The notes beneath the pieces are model-generated. The model saw only the letters and a list, made by a program, of their open reading frames with translations, ran no database searches and was not told the DNA's origin. This document shows positions 50,246 through 58,870 of a stretch of 64,000 nucleotides of DNA, piece by piece. This stretch comes from a bacterium (lineage in GTDB: Bacteria; UBA10199; 2-02-FULL-44-16; JAAZCA01). A program made the position numbers and the translations under genes. The stretch covers positions 96,001 to 160,000 of the forward strand of contig CAXXGI010000002.1 of the NCBI GenBank assembly GCA_963674695.2. Reading direction: 5' to 3'. Each line of letters starts with the position of its first letter. Within the stretch, counting starts at the first letter, position 1.

Positions 50246-50734
50246 ATGATTAAAAGTGGATTGGATTTACATCGTGAACTCCCCTCTCCACAATTGGAGT
50301 CTGGAGAAAAGGTGATAAGAAAATGCACGGGGACACTCGATACAGGACGTGCCGCCTTCTCTACATTTCGCCCATGCAACATCTATTTAACCGACCGGAG
50401 GCTTCTTTTGGCACAGGTGAGAAAGGTCATCAAAGACTTCCGCTATTCTACGATTAGAGAACTTACTGTTGTGAAAAGAAAATGGTTGGCCGGCAAGATG
50501 GTTCCCCAACTGCAAATTACACTAAAGGACGGGAAGGTACACTTTGTGGTTATGAATGAACCGTGGGTGTGGCTTGCGGATATGGCTGGATTTGGAGAGA
50601 TGAACATAAAACAACAAATTGACGAGTCAGCCCCCATTTCTCTACCTGAGAAAATTTCGGATGAGAAAAAATCCCTAAGGGGACAGAAAAAAGGGAAAGT
50701 TCGGCAACATCGAGGCGTGAAACGTCGTTCGTGA
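50246..50734 (+). CDS. Hypothetical protein (PH/GRAM-like)
   Basis: LESGEKV..IYLTDRRLLL pattern. Confidence 0.55.
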   Translation: MIKSGLDLHRELPSPQLESGEKVIRKCTGTLDTGRAAFSTFRPCNIYLTDRRLLLAQVRKVIKDFRYSTIRELTVVKRKWLAGKMVPQLQITLKDGKVHFVVMNEPWVWLADMAGFGEMNIKQQIDESAPISLPEKISDEKKSLRGQKKGKVRQHRGVKRRS

Positions 50735-50775
50735 AGCGTGAAAAACGAGATACGCTTCACGAAATACGAGATGCG
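50716..50775. repeat. Inverted heptamer element
   Basis: CGTGAAA CGTCGTT CGTGAAG .. AGATACG CTTCACG AAATACG AGATGCG, then RBS and ATG 50783. Confidence 0.88.
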
Positions 50776-50782
50776 AGGAAAA

Positions 50783-52534
50783 ATGGCAGTAATAGGTATA
50801 GATCTCGGCACAACTTATAGCGTTGTGTCCTACATTAAAGATGGTGTGCCAACTATTATACCCAATGCAGAGGGTGAAGATCTCACACCTTCAATAGTCG
50901 GGTTTGATAATTCCGGCCATGTCTTTGTGGGTAAGCTTGCCGAAGAGAGATCTATTCTGGATTCAGAGGGGACCGTTCGCTCAATAAAGAGAAAAATGGG
51001 GAGCGATTTTACGGCGTTGGTCCGCGGACGATACTATACCCCAACCATGATATCATCCTTTATTCTCGGAAAACTTAAAAGGGATGCCGAGAGTTGTCTT
51101 GGTGAGAAAGTTTCAGAGGCGGTTATTACTGTTCCAGCATATTTTAGTGATAAGGCGCGGGAGGCGACGAAAAATTCTGCCGAAATTGCCGGACTTAAAG
51201 TTTTGAGGATCATCAACGAACCTACGGCAGCAACGCTTGCCTATGGCATTTCTCAAAAAGAAGGTGAACAGGTCATGGTCTGGGACCTCGGCGGTGGCAC
51301 CTTCGATGTGTCTATCCTCGAGTTCTCCGGCGGTGTTTACGAGGTTAAATCTACAAGTGGTGATATGAAACTGGGCGGAGACGATTGGCGCGACGCCTTA
51401 TCACGGCACTTCTTAGACCTTCTTTGCAATCAATACAAATCTGATTTTGTAGAGACTCCGGATATGTTGAACCGCATATTGCTCATTAGCGAAAAAGCCA
51501 AGAAGGATCTCACCAATAATGAAGAGACGAATATCAGCTTATCATTTCCCGGCTCTGAGGGTAAGTGGCATGTGGGGCGGATTGTTGTAACTCGTCAGGA
51601 ATTTGAATCACTGTCATCGCATTTATGCGATAGATTGATCCTCCCGGCCAAGCAGGCATTAAAGGACGCAAGGGTGACGACCGGAGACCTCGATAAAGTT
51701 ATTCTTGTAGGCGGGGCAACCCGGATGCCAATGGTCAGGCAGAGAGTAGCCGAATTTGCAGGCAGAGAACCATATATTGATATCGATCCTGATAAAGTAG
51801 TGGCCGTTGGTGCTGCGATACAGGCGGGGATACTTACCGGCGCACTAAAGAAGGCGGTGCTGGTTGATGTAATTCCACTGTCGCTTGGGATAGAGACGCA
51901 GGGGGGAATATTCACCAAATTAATCGAACGCAATACAAAGGTGCCGATATCTAAAGATAGGATATTTACTACGGCAATGGACAATCAGCCCGAGGTGGAA
52001 ATACACGTCTTGCAAGGGGAAAGAGCGCTCGCCGAACACAATGTCTCTCTTGGTAATTTCACGCTTACTGAAATACCGGAGGCATCGAAGGGAATTCCAA
52101 AGATCAGCGTAATCTTCTCGGTCGATATAAACGGCATACTAAATGTCCGTGCCGAAGATGTCTATACCGGAAATGAGAGGGAGATGATTGTGCGGTCGGA
52201 TCGCCTGCAGCAGGATGATATCAATAAGTTGATTAAAGAAGCAGAAAACTACAAGGAGAACGATGATCTCCTTAAGGACACGATAGTCGCCAGGGTTGAA
52301 CTGGAGAGGATTGTGGAAGCGGCCAAACAGTCTATTGATGAGATGAAAATACAATCGTCCGACAAATCTTATAAAGAGGTGGTTTTATTGATTGAGAAGG
52401 CAGAGGACATGTTATCAAACGGCGATTTAATGGGGTTGAAAGAGATATCTCAAAACATAGAGGATACGATGGATTTAATATATGATAGGTGGAAAAACGA
52501 AACAAAAGAGGCCGAGCCAGCAACGGCAGGATGA
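50783..52534 (+). CDS. Hsp70/DnaK-family chaperone (accessory)
   Basis: IGIDLGTT, VITVPAYF, INEPTAA, DLGGGTFD, LVGGATRMP. Confidence 0.93.
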   Translation: MAVIGIDLGTTYSVVSYIKDGVPTIIPNAEGEDLTPSIVGFDNSGHVFVGKLAEERSILDSEGTVRSIKRKMGSDFTALVRGRYYTPTMISSFILGKLKRDAESCLGEKVSEAVITVPAYFSDKAREATKNSAEIAGLKVLRIINEPTAATLAYGISQKEGEQVMVWDLGGGTFDVSILEFSGGVYEVKSTSGDMKLGGDDWRDALSRHFLDLLCNQYKSDFVETPDMLNRILLISEKAKKDLTNNEETNISLSFPGSEGKWHVGRIVVTRQEFESLSSHLCDRLILPAKQALKDARVTTGDLDKVILVGGATRMPMVRQRVAEFAGREPYIDIDPDKVVAVGAAIQAGILTGALKKAVLVDVIPLSLGIETQGGIFTKLIERNTKVPISKDRIFTTAMDNQPEVEIHVLQGERALAEHNVSLGNFTLTEIPEASKGIPKISVIFSVDINGILNVRAEDVYTGNEREMIVRSDRLQQDDINKLIKEAENYKENDDLLKDTIVARVELERIVEAAKQSIDEMKIQSSDKSYKEVVLLIEKAEDMLSNGDLMGLKEISQNIEDTMDLIYDRWKNETKEAEPATAG

Positions 52535-52544
52535 AAAAAGCCTG

Positions 52545-53126
52545 ATGGAATCGTCTGCCGGCATCCTGATGTCAGAGGAGAGCAGATGGTGCATGGGAAA
52601 GTGTAATGCAGCCCAGCGTGCCATTGACTTTTTTTCAGATCATCAGGTTATGTGGTCATGTCCATATAAAGATATTGCAAGCCTGAATATGGAGGAACGA
52701 CCATTCGCATTTGGCACCAAGAAGGCGTTGAGGGTAGAGTATCGGTGTAATGGTCAATTAAAGCTGGTCTGGCTTGTCCTAGTTGAATATCAAAAACTGG
52801 AGAAGATTATCAGGGTTCGTGCCTTCCCATGCGCATTATCAGAGGAAGACATATGCTGCGTGGCGGGGGGCGTTGATAACGTCAGCGAACAGTTTTTATG
52901 GTATCTCTGGAAAAAGCAGCATGCCACAATCGATGAACTGACCGCACTCGGCATCATTGACGATCCTGAGGAGGTATTGAAGAAGATCAAAGGGGTCATA
53001 AATCCAGTCGCCGAAGAGATACTGGGATATCCTTTGTTTGTTTTCAGGAATACAAGATTTGATCCGGCGACCAACAGGACATTTGAAAACTGCTGGTGCA
53101 TATTTGATCCGATGAGTGACTTATGA
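52545..53126 (+). CDS. Hypothetical protein
   Basis: ORF in operon; start uncertain. Confidence 0.55.
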   Translation: MESSAGILMSEESRWCMGKCNAAQRAIDFFSDHQVMWSCPYKDIASLNMEERPFAFGTKKALRVEYRCNGQLKLVWLVLVEYQKLEKIIRVRAFPCALSEEDICCVAGGVDNVSEQFLWYLWKKQHATIDELTALGIIDDPEEVLKKIKGVINPVAEEILGYPLFVFRNTRFDPATNRTFENCWCIFDPMSDL

Positions 53127-54322
53127 GTATGAAATTCAAAAGAGTAAATCAACTTCCCCCATATCAACTGGGAATAGTTGCCGGACTTATGAAAGAGGCT
53201 CGCCTGCGGGGAGAGGATATTATTAATTTAGGGATGGGGAATCCTGACCTTCCCACTCCCCAGAGGATCGTGGATAAACTGAAAGAGGCCGCCGACAAGC
53301 CGGCTAATCATCGCTATTCACTGTCACGAGGTATTCCTAAACTTCGGGAGGCTGTCTGTGATTGGTATCGGCGTCGATTCAATGTGGATATCGATCCGGA
53401 AACTGAGGCAGTGGTTACCATTGGTGCCAAGGAAGGTCTGTCGCACCTGATGCTAGCCACCACCGAGCCCAACAACATCGTCCTTGTCCCCGATCCCGGA
53501 TATCCGATCCATAGGTACGCCGCCGTCATTGCCGGGGCGTTTACCCAGAGTATCAAGATCGATGGTGAATCAGATATCTTGACCAACCTGGAAGGTGTTT
53601 TGAGGGCACAGGGCCTGTTGGTTAAGGTGCTGATCCTGAATTTCCCGTCAAATCCCACGACTCAGGTGGTGGATATTACCTTTTTTAAGCGGGTTGTAGA
53701 GCTGGCACGGGAGTACGATCTGCTTATTGTCCACGATTTTGTCTATGCCGATTTCTGTTTCGACGGTTATCAGGCCCCTTCCATTCTGGAGGTCGAGGGC
53801 GCCAAGGATGTGGCAGTTGAGCTTACCTCCTTATCAAAGAGTTACTCTATGCCCGGTTGGCGTGTCGGTTTTGTATGTGGAAATAAGGAGGTCATCTCTG
53901 CACTTGCTAAACTGAAAAGCTATGTCGATTATGGCATGTTCCAGCCGATCCAGATCGCCTCTACTGTGGCCCTGAATCACTCTGAAGATAATGTAAAAGA
54001 GATTATCGCAACATACAAAAATCGTCGTGATGTCTTATGCGATGGATTAAATAAGATTGGATGGAATGTACCCCGGCCGCAGGCCACGATGTTTGTCTGG
54101 GCGAGGATTCCGGATCAATTTATAGAAATGGGATCCATTGCCTTTAGCAAACTCATTTTGGAGAAGGCAAAGGTTGCCGTGAGTCCCGGGATAGGATTTG
54201 GCGAACACGGCGAGGGATATATCCGTTTCGCATTGGTCGAAAATGAACAGCGTATAAAACAGGCCGTTCGAGGTATTAAATTGCTTATGTCGGAAGATTC
54301 CACAATACCGAAGAAAAAATGA
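53123..54322 (+). CDS. PLP aminotransferase class I/II (AlaC-like)
   Basis: [37 protein letters not shown]. Confidence 0.9.
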   Translation: MSMKFKRVNQLPPYQLGIVAGLMKEARLRGEDIINLGMGNPDLPTPQRIVDKLKEAADKPANHRYSLSRGIPKLREAVCDWYRRRFNVDIDPETEAVVTIGAKEGLSHLMLATTEPNNIVLVPDPGYPIHRYAAVIAGAFTQSIKIDGESDILTNLEGVLRAQGLLVKVLILNFPSNPTTQVVDITFFKRVVELAREYDLLIVHDFVYADFCFDGYQAPSILEVEGAKDVAVELTSLSKSYSMPGWRVGFVCGNKEVISALAKLKSYVDYGMFQPIQIASTVALNHSEDNVKEIIATYKNRRDVLCDGLNKIGWNVPRPQATMFVWARIPDQFIEMGSIAFSKLILEKAKVAVSPGIGFGEHGEGYIRFALVENEQRIKQAVRGIKLLMSEDSTIPKKK

Positions 54323-54382
54323 TCCTCTGTTGTAGCTGCAACAAGAGGATGATACGAAACAACCAAAGGAAAGGGGGAAGTC

Positions 54383-54805
54383 ATGGAGGTAACACCTGAA
54401 GTCCAGACGGCACTATGGACGGGGATGAGTACGGTGCAGATTGTAGGTGCTCTAGCAATCGGCGTGGTGTTCTATCTATTCTTTGCCTTCTGTCTGGCGA
54501 TGATCGCCAAGCGATTAGGGAGGCCATTTGGAAAGAGCCTTATCATGGCCATCATCCCGATTGCTAATGTGATCCTAATCCTTCAGATGGCCAGAAAACC
54601 GTGGTGGTGGATATTCCTGCTATTGATTCCGATTTTGAACATCGTTCTCTGCGTCCTGATATGGATGTCCATCTCAAAGGCAAGGGGCAAACCCGGATGG
54701 TGGGGCATAATAATTGCTTTGGTCCCGATAGTTGGAGCCATCTTTTTCCTGATCCTGACCTTTGGGAAGGCAAAAGCCGCTTCACCGACTCCGACAGCCG
54801 CGTAA
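54383..54805 (+). CDS. Membrane protein (DUF5684-like)
   Basis: Four hydrophobic helices; AIIPIAN, KPWWW. Confidence 0.7.
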   Translation: MEVTPEVQTALWTGMSTVQIVGALAIGVVFYLFFAFCLAMIAKRLGRPFGKSLIMAIIPIANVILILQMARKPWWWIFLLLIPILNIVLCVLIWMSISKARGKPGWWGIIIALVPIVGAIFFLILTFGKAKAASPTPTAA

Positions 54806-55029
54806 TAAATCTGGCCTAGATGGACATAACCTTGCGATATTGCGCAAGATTTTATAGATCATCCCCTTGGGTGGTTGGTGTGGTGGATTGTGGTTACTTC
54901 TCCATAATTTCAGTTGTTAAAATAAAGTTATCACTAATATTTTGTAATCTAATCGGATGAGTTTTACTATTGACACCTATAATTCTGACGGTTATGTCCT
55001 GTATTCACAACGAATTTCTAATATCGGTG

Positions 55030-55416
55030 ATGCTTATGGATAAAAAAGAGTTCTATGCCTTGCTTGTAAGCAACATCCGCAAGTTGAGGAAAGAAGCCGG
55101 GCTGACACAGACCGAAATCGCCCGTCGCCTTGGCGTAAGACAGGCGACATATTCGGCAATGGAATGTGGGCGGCAAAAAATATTCACCGATTATTTGCCG
55201 ATCATCGCTGAAGCACTGGGAGTAAAGATATCTGACCTGTTTAATGAGACAGTCTCGCAATCATCGGGAACAGAGCAATGGGCGCAGGATTTGTTAAGGA
55301 TGGTGGATGATCTCAGCACTGAGGAAAAAGAAGCGATTCTTAACATTGCGCATATGATCAGCAAAAAGCGCGGTTTAGAGAATTCCTCAAATAATAAAAT
55401 GGAAAATAAGGAGTAG
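55030..55416 (+). CDS. XRE HTH regulator, paralogue of 23758 repressor
   Basis: NIRKLRKEAGLTQTEIARRLGVRQATYSAMECGRQKIF. Confidence 0.85.
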   Translation: MLMDKKEFYALLVSNIRKLRKEAGLTQTEIARRLGVRQATYSAMECGRQKIFTDYLPIIAEALGVKISDLFNETVSQSSGTEQWAQDLLRMVDDLSTEEKEAILNIAHMISKKRGLENSSNNKMENKE

Positions 55417-55417
55417 C

Positions 55418-58400
55418 ATGCAACCTTCTGCACTTAAACCAAGTCATATTATCAAGGGCTCAATACTTCCGGAGCCCGTAAGAATCATTTCGTTAGTTTC
55501 ACTTGGGGATTCCGTTAAAATTATCGGGGAGGGAATGGAGACCGGAAAAGTCCACCAGCCGATACTGACCGCTGAGCAAATCAATTTACTCGAGATATCG
55601 CCGGAAACGGAACCCTTCGATGGTGATTCCTTGAATTTTCGTCTGGGGATCGAAGCGATGCGGCTTGGCCTTGCCTATGAATATGATCCCTATTTCAGCC
55701 TTTCAATTGCCCGTGTCGATCCACTGCCACATCAGCTCGAGGCGGTTTACGACTACTTTATGAAACTGCCACGGATCAGGTTTCTGTTGGCCGACGATCC
55801 GGGCGCAGGTAAGACCATTATGGCCGGTCTGCTCATTAAAGAACTCAAAGTTCGCGGGCTTATTAGCAGGGTTCTTATTGTTACACCGGCAAACCTGTCG
55901 TTCCAGTGGCAAAGAGAACTTCAGGATAAATTTCGTGAGACCTTCAAAGTCATCCGCAGCGATATTTTGCGGGCCAGCTATGGAGCAAATCCGTGGCAGG
56001 ATTTCGATCAATGCATCACGTCTGTTTCATGGGTGTCGCGCATTGAAGACGCAAAGGATAGTCTGCTTCGCAGTCACTGGGATCTCATCATCGTAGATGA
56101 AGCCCACAAAATGAGCGCATACGGAGAAGAAAAGAAGACTCTCGCTTATCAGCTCGGCGAAACGCTGTCTGACATGACCGATCACTATCTTCTTATGACC
56201 GCAACGCCGCACAAGGGCGATCCAGACAACTTCAGTCTATTCCTCCGGCTACTCGACAAAGACGTATATGGCGACATCAAAAGTTTAGAAAGAGCAATGG
56301 AAGAAAGATCTGCGCCATTCTATTTAAGGCGCGTTAAAGAGGCTCTCGTAACGTTCCCCGATCCTGACACTGGCAAATCAAAGAGCCTTTTTACGAAAAG
56401 AAATGTTCACACGGTAGGGTTCCAAATCGACGATGATGAACTCGATTTCTACGACAACCTCACCCGTTATGTTGAGGATCAATCAATCAAAGCATCACAG
56501 GATGATTCGGCCAGAGGACGAGCCCTCGGCTTTACGATGGCAATGCTCCAGCGCCGGTTTGCATCCAGCGTTTATGCGGTGCGCCGCACGCTGGAGAGGA
56601 TGAAAGAGAAGCGCGAAAAGATTCTTGATGACCCAGAGGCTTATCGGCAGGAACAGATACTCAAGAAGGTTCCCGAGGACTTTGACGAACTGCCTGAAGA
56701 AGAACAGCAGGAGATTCTTTCCAATCTCGAAGATGTCGTCGCCTCAATCGACCCCGCTGACCTTCGTGAAGATATTTTGGAACTGGGCAAACTTGTAGAT
56801 CAGGCACGCTCTCTGGAGGAACGTGAGATAGAGACCAAACTAAATAAGCTCAAAGATGTTATTACGCAGGGAGGGATTTTTCAGGACGACAAAATGAAAC
56901 TCCTGCTCTTTACTGAACACAAAGATACGCTGGATTATCTGGCGGGAGATGGAAAGGAAGGAAGACCACTCGGCAAACTTCGTGAATGGGGTCTTAATGT
57001 TACCCAGATCCATGGTGGAATGAAAATCGGTGACAGAGATACACCGGGTTCAAGAATCTGCGCCGAGAGAGAGTTCCGCGATGATAGTCAGGTTTTAGTT
57101 GCAACTGAGGCCGCTGGCGAAGGAATAAACCTCCAATTCTGCTGGTACATGATCAATTACGACATCCCATGGAATCCAAACCGCTTAGAACAGAGGATGG
57201 GCCGTATCCATCGCTACGGACAGGAGAAAGATTGCTTGATAACAAATTTTGTCAGCACAAACACACGTGAAGGCCGCGTCTTTGAAAAATTATTTGAGCG
57301 AATCAGACAGATAGAAAACGATCTCGATCCAAACCGCACCGGCAAGGTATTCAATGTTCTGGGCGATATATTCCCTGCAAATCAACTGGAACGCATGTTG
57401 AGAGACATGTACGCACGAAACCTGACCGAAGCGGTAATCAAAGACCGAATCATTCAGGCCGTAGATACCGACCGCCTTAGAAAAATAACAGAATCAACCC
57501 TTGAGGGTTTGGCAAAACGTGAACTCAATCTTTCCGCCATTGTTGGAAAATCAGAAGAGGCAAAAGAGCGAAGGCTTGTGCCGGAGGTAATTGAAGATTT
57601 CTTTGTTCAGGCGGCACCGTTGGCCGGTATTACACCAAGGCAAAGCAAGAAACAGGAGCATATTTATCAGCCGGGACGGTTGCCGAGAATCATAATGCCA
57701 TACGGGGAACGGCTGGAACCGAAGTTCGGCAAATTGGGGCGTGAATATAAGCAGATCGCATTTGATAAGAATTTACTAACCAAAGACCCGACATTGGAAT
57801 GGGTAACTCCGGGACATCCCTTATTCGAAAGCGTACGCTTGATGATTGAGGAACACGTGCAGCAGGATCTTCGGAGGGGTGCCGTCTTTTATGATATATA
57901 CCGCACAGAACCGGCCTTGTTGAATGTCTTTTCTGCCGAAATCCGTGATGGACGCGGACACACATTGCATAAAAGATTGTTTGTTTCCCAGTCTGCGAAA
58001 GACGGATCAATTTCAATTAAACAGCCGACCATATTCCTTGACCTTGCCATTGCGCCTCAAGGAACCAAGACTCCGGATATGCAGGGATTGCCCAGCAAGG
58101 AAGATGTAGAAACACTTCTCTATAATCAGTCGCTCATCCCCATTCTCAAAGCGGAAAGTATCCAGCGTGAAAAAGAGGTAAACACGATTTCCAAGCATAT
58201 GGAGATAAGTCTTAACGCCATAATAGATCGTGTGCAGATTCAATTGGGTGATCTACTGAATCAAAAGGAATCGGGTTCAACTGAATCGGGGTTGGATGGT
58301 CGCATTAAAATGCTGGAGGATAAGCTTGATGAACTGAATTCCCGTTATGAACAGCGTCAAAAGGATTTGGAAAAGGAGCAGAAATGCACAATTACCAATA

Positions 58401-58870
58401 TCCAGCATTTAGGTAGTGCATGGGTTCTTCCACATCCAGATAGAGCCACCCCCCAAGTCAGGAACATGGTAAGCAATCCCGAGATCGAAAAGATAGCCGT
58501 TGATGCTGTTACGGCTTTCGAAGAAGCTCGTGGTTGGAAAGTTCAAAGCGTAGAACAGGAGAATCGCGGTTTTGATCTGATTTCAAGAAAGCCTCATCCA
58601 GAGGATCCGAGCACGGCCATCGAGGTTCGGTTTATTGAAGTGAAAGGACGTTCTCAGGTGGGCGAGGTAGCACTTACAACAAATGAATATAAAACTGCTG
58701 AACGGCTGAGAAAGGACTTCTGGCTCTACGTGGTATTCAATTGCGCAGATAAACCCGAGGTTCATTTAATTCAGGATCCATCTCGTATGGGTTGGAAACC
58801 TGTTGTTACCGTTGAGCATTATCATGTTGGTGCAAACGAAATATTAAGATCGGAAACCGTAGATGAATGA
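55418..58870 (+). CDS. SNF2-family helicase with C-terminal DUF3883 nuclease domain
   Basis: LLADDPGAGKT, DEAH, TATPH, QRMGRIHRYGQ, then GFDLIS..FIEVKG. Confidence 0.92.
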   Translation: MQPSALKPSHIIKGSILPEPVRIISLVSLGDSVKIIGEGMETGKVHQPILTAEQINLLEISPETEPFDGDSLNFRLGIEAMRLGLAYEYDPYFSLSIARVDPLPHQLEAVYDYFMKLPRIRFLLADDPGAGKTIMAGLLIKELKVRGLISRVLIVTPANLSFQWQRELQDKFRETFKVIRSDILRASYGANPWQDFDQCITSVSWVSRIEDAKDSLLRSHWDLIIVDEAHKMSAYGEEKKTLAYQLGETLSDMTDHYLLMTATPHKGDPDNFSLFLRLLDKDVYGDIKSLERAMEERSAPFYLRRVKEALVTFPDPDTGKSKSLFTKRNVHTVGFQIDDDELDFYDNLTRYVEDQSIKASQDDSARGRALGFTMAMLQRRFASSVYAVRRTLERMKEKREKILDDPEAYRQEQILKKVPEDFDELPEEEQQEILSNLEDVVASIDPADLREDILELGKLVDQARSLEEREIETKLNKLKDVITQGGIFQDDKMKLLLFTEHKDTLDYLAGDGKEGRPLGKLREWGLNVTQIHGGMKIGDRDTPGSRICAEREFRDDSQVLVATEAAGEGINLQFCWYMINYDIPWNPNRLEQRMGRIHRYGQEKDCLITNFVSTNTREGRVFEKLFERIRQIENDLDPNRTGKVFNVLGDIFPANQLERMLRDMYARNLTEAVIKDRIIQAVDTDRLRKITESTLEGLAKRELNLSAIVGKSEEAKERRLVPEVIEDFFVQAAPLAGITPRQSKKQEHIYQPGRLPRIIMPYGERLEPKFGKLGREYKQIAFDKNLLTKDPTLEWVTPGHPLFESVRLMIEEHVQQDLRRGAVFYDIYRTEPALLNVFSAEIRDGRGHTLHKRLFVSQSAKDGSISIKQPTIFLDLAIAPQGTKTPDMQGLPSKEDVETLLYNQSLIPILKAESIQREKEVNTISKHMEISLNAIIDRVQIQLGDLLNQKESGSTESGLDGRIKMLEDKLDELNSRYEQRQKDLEKEQKCTITNIQHLGSAWVLPHPDRATPQVRNMVSNPEIEKIAVDAVTAFEEARGWKVQSVEQENRGFDLISRKPHPEDPSTAIEVRFIEVKGRSQVGEVALTTNEYKTAERLRKDFWLYVVFNCADKPEVHLIQDPSRMGWKPVVTVEHYHVGANEILRSETVDE

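Noticed and set aside
28033-50775. Heptamer repeats as a CRISPR array
   Set aside because: Units are 7 bp, contiguous, inverted and dispersed. There are no unique spacers and no cas genes.
39495-50783. Shared N-terminal peptide (RYEIRFTRYE-like) on Hsp20, ArsA, the 50195 ORF and Hsp70
   Set aside because: This is an ORF-caller extension into the DNA repeats. Better starts with an RBS lie just downstream (39540, 46203, 50246, 50783).
50783-52534. Housekeeping dnaK locus
   Set aside because: No grpE, full-length dnaJ or hrcA nearby; the sequence is divergent and lies inside the island.
54821-54836. Third island sigma-54 promoter (TGGACATAACCTTGCG)
   Set aside because: Spacing is correct but the -24 element is a poor match, so it could be chance.
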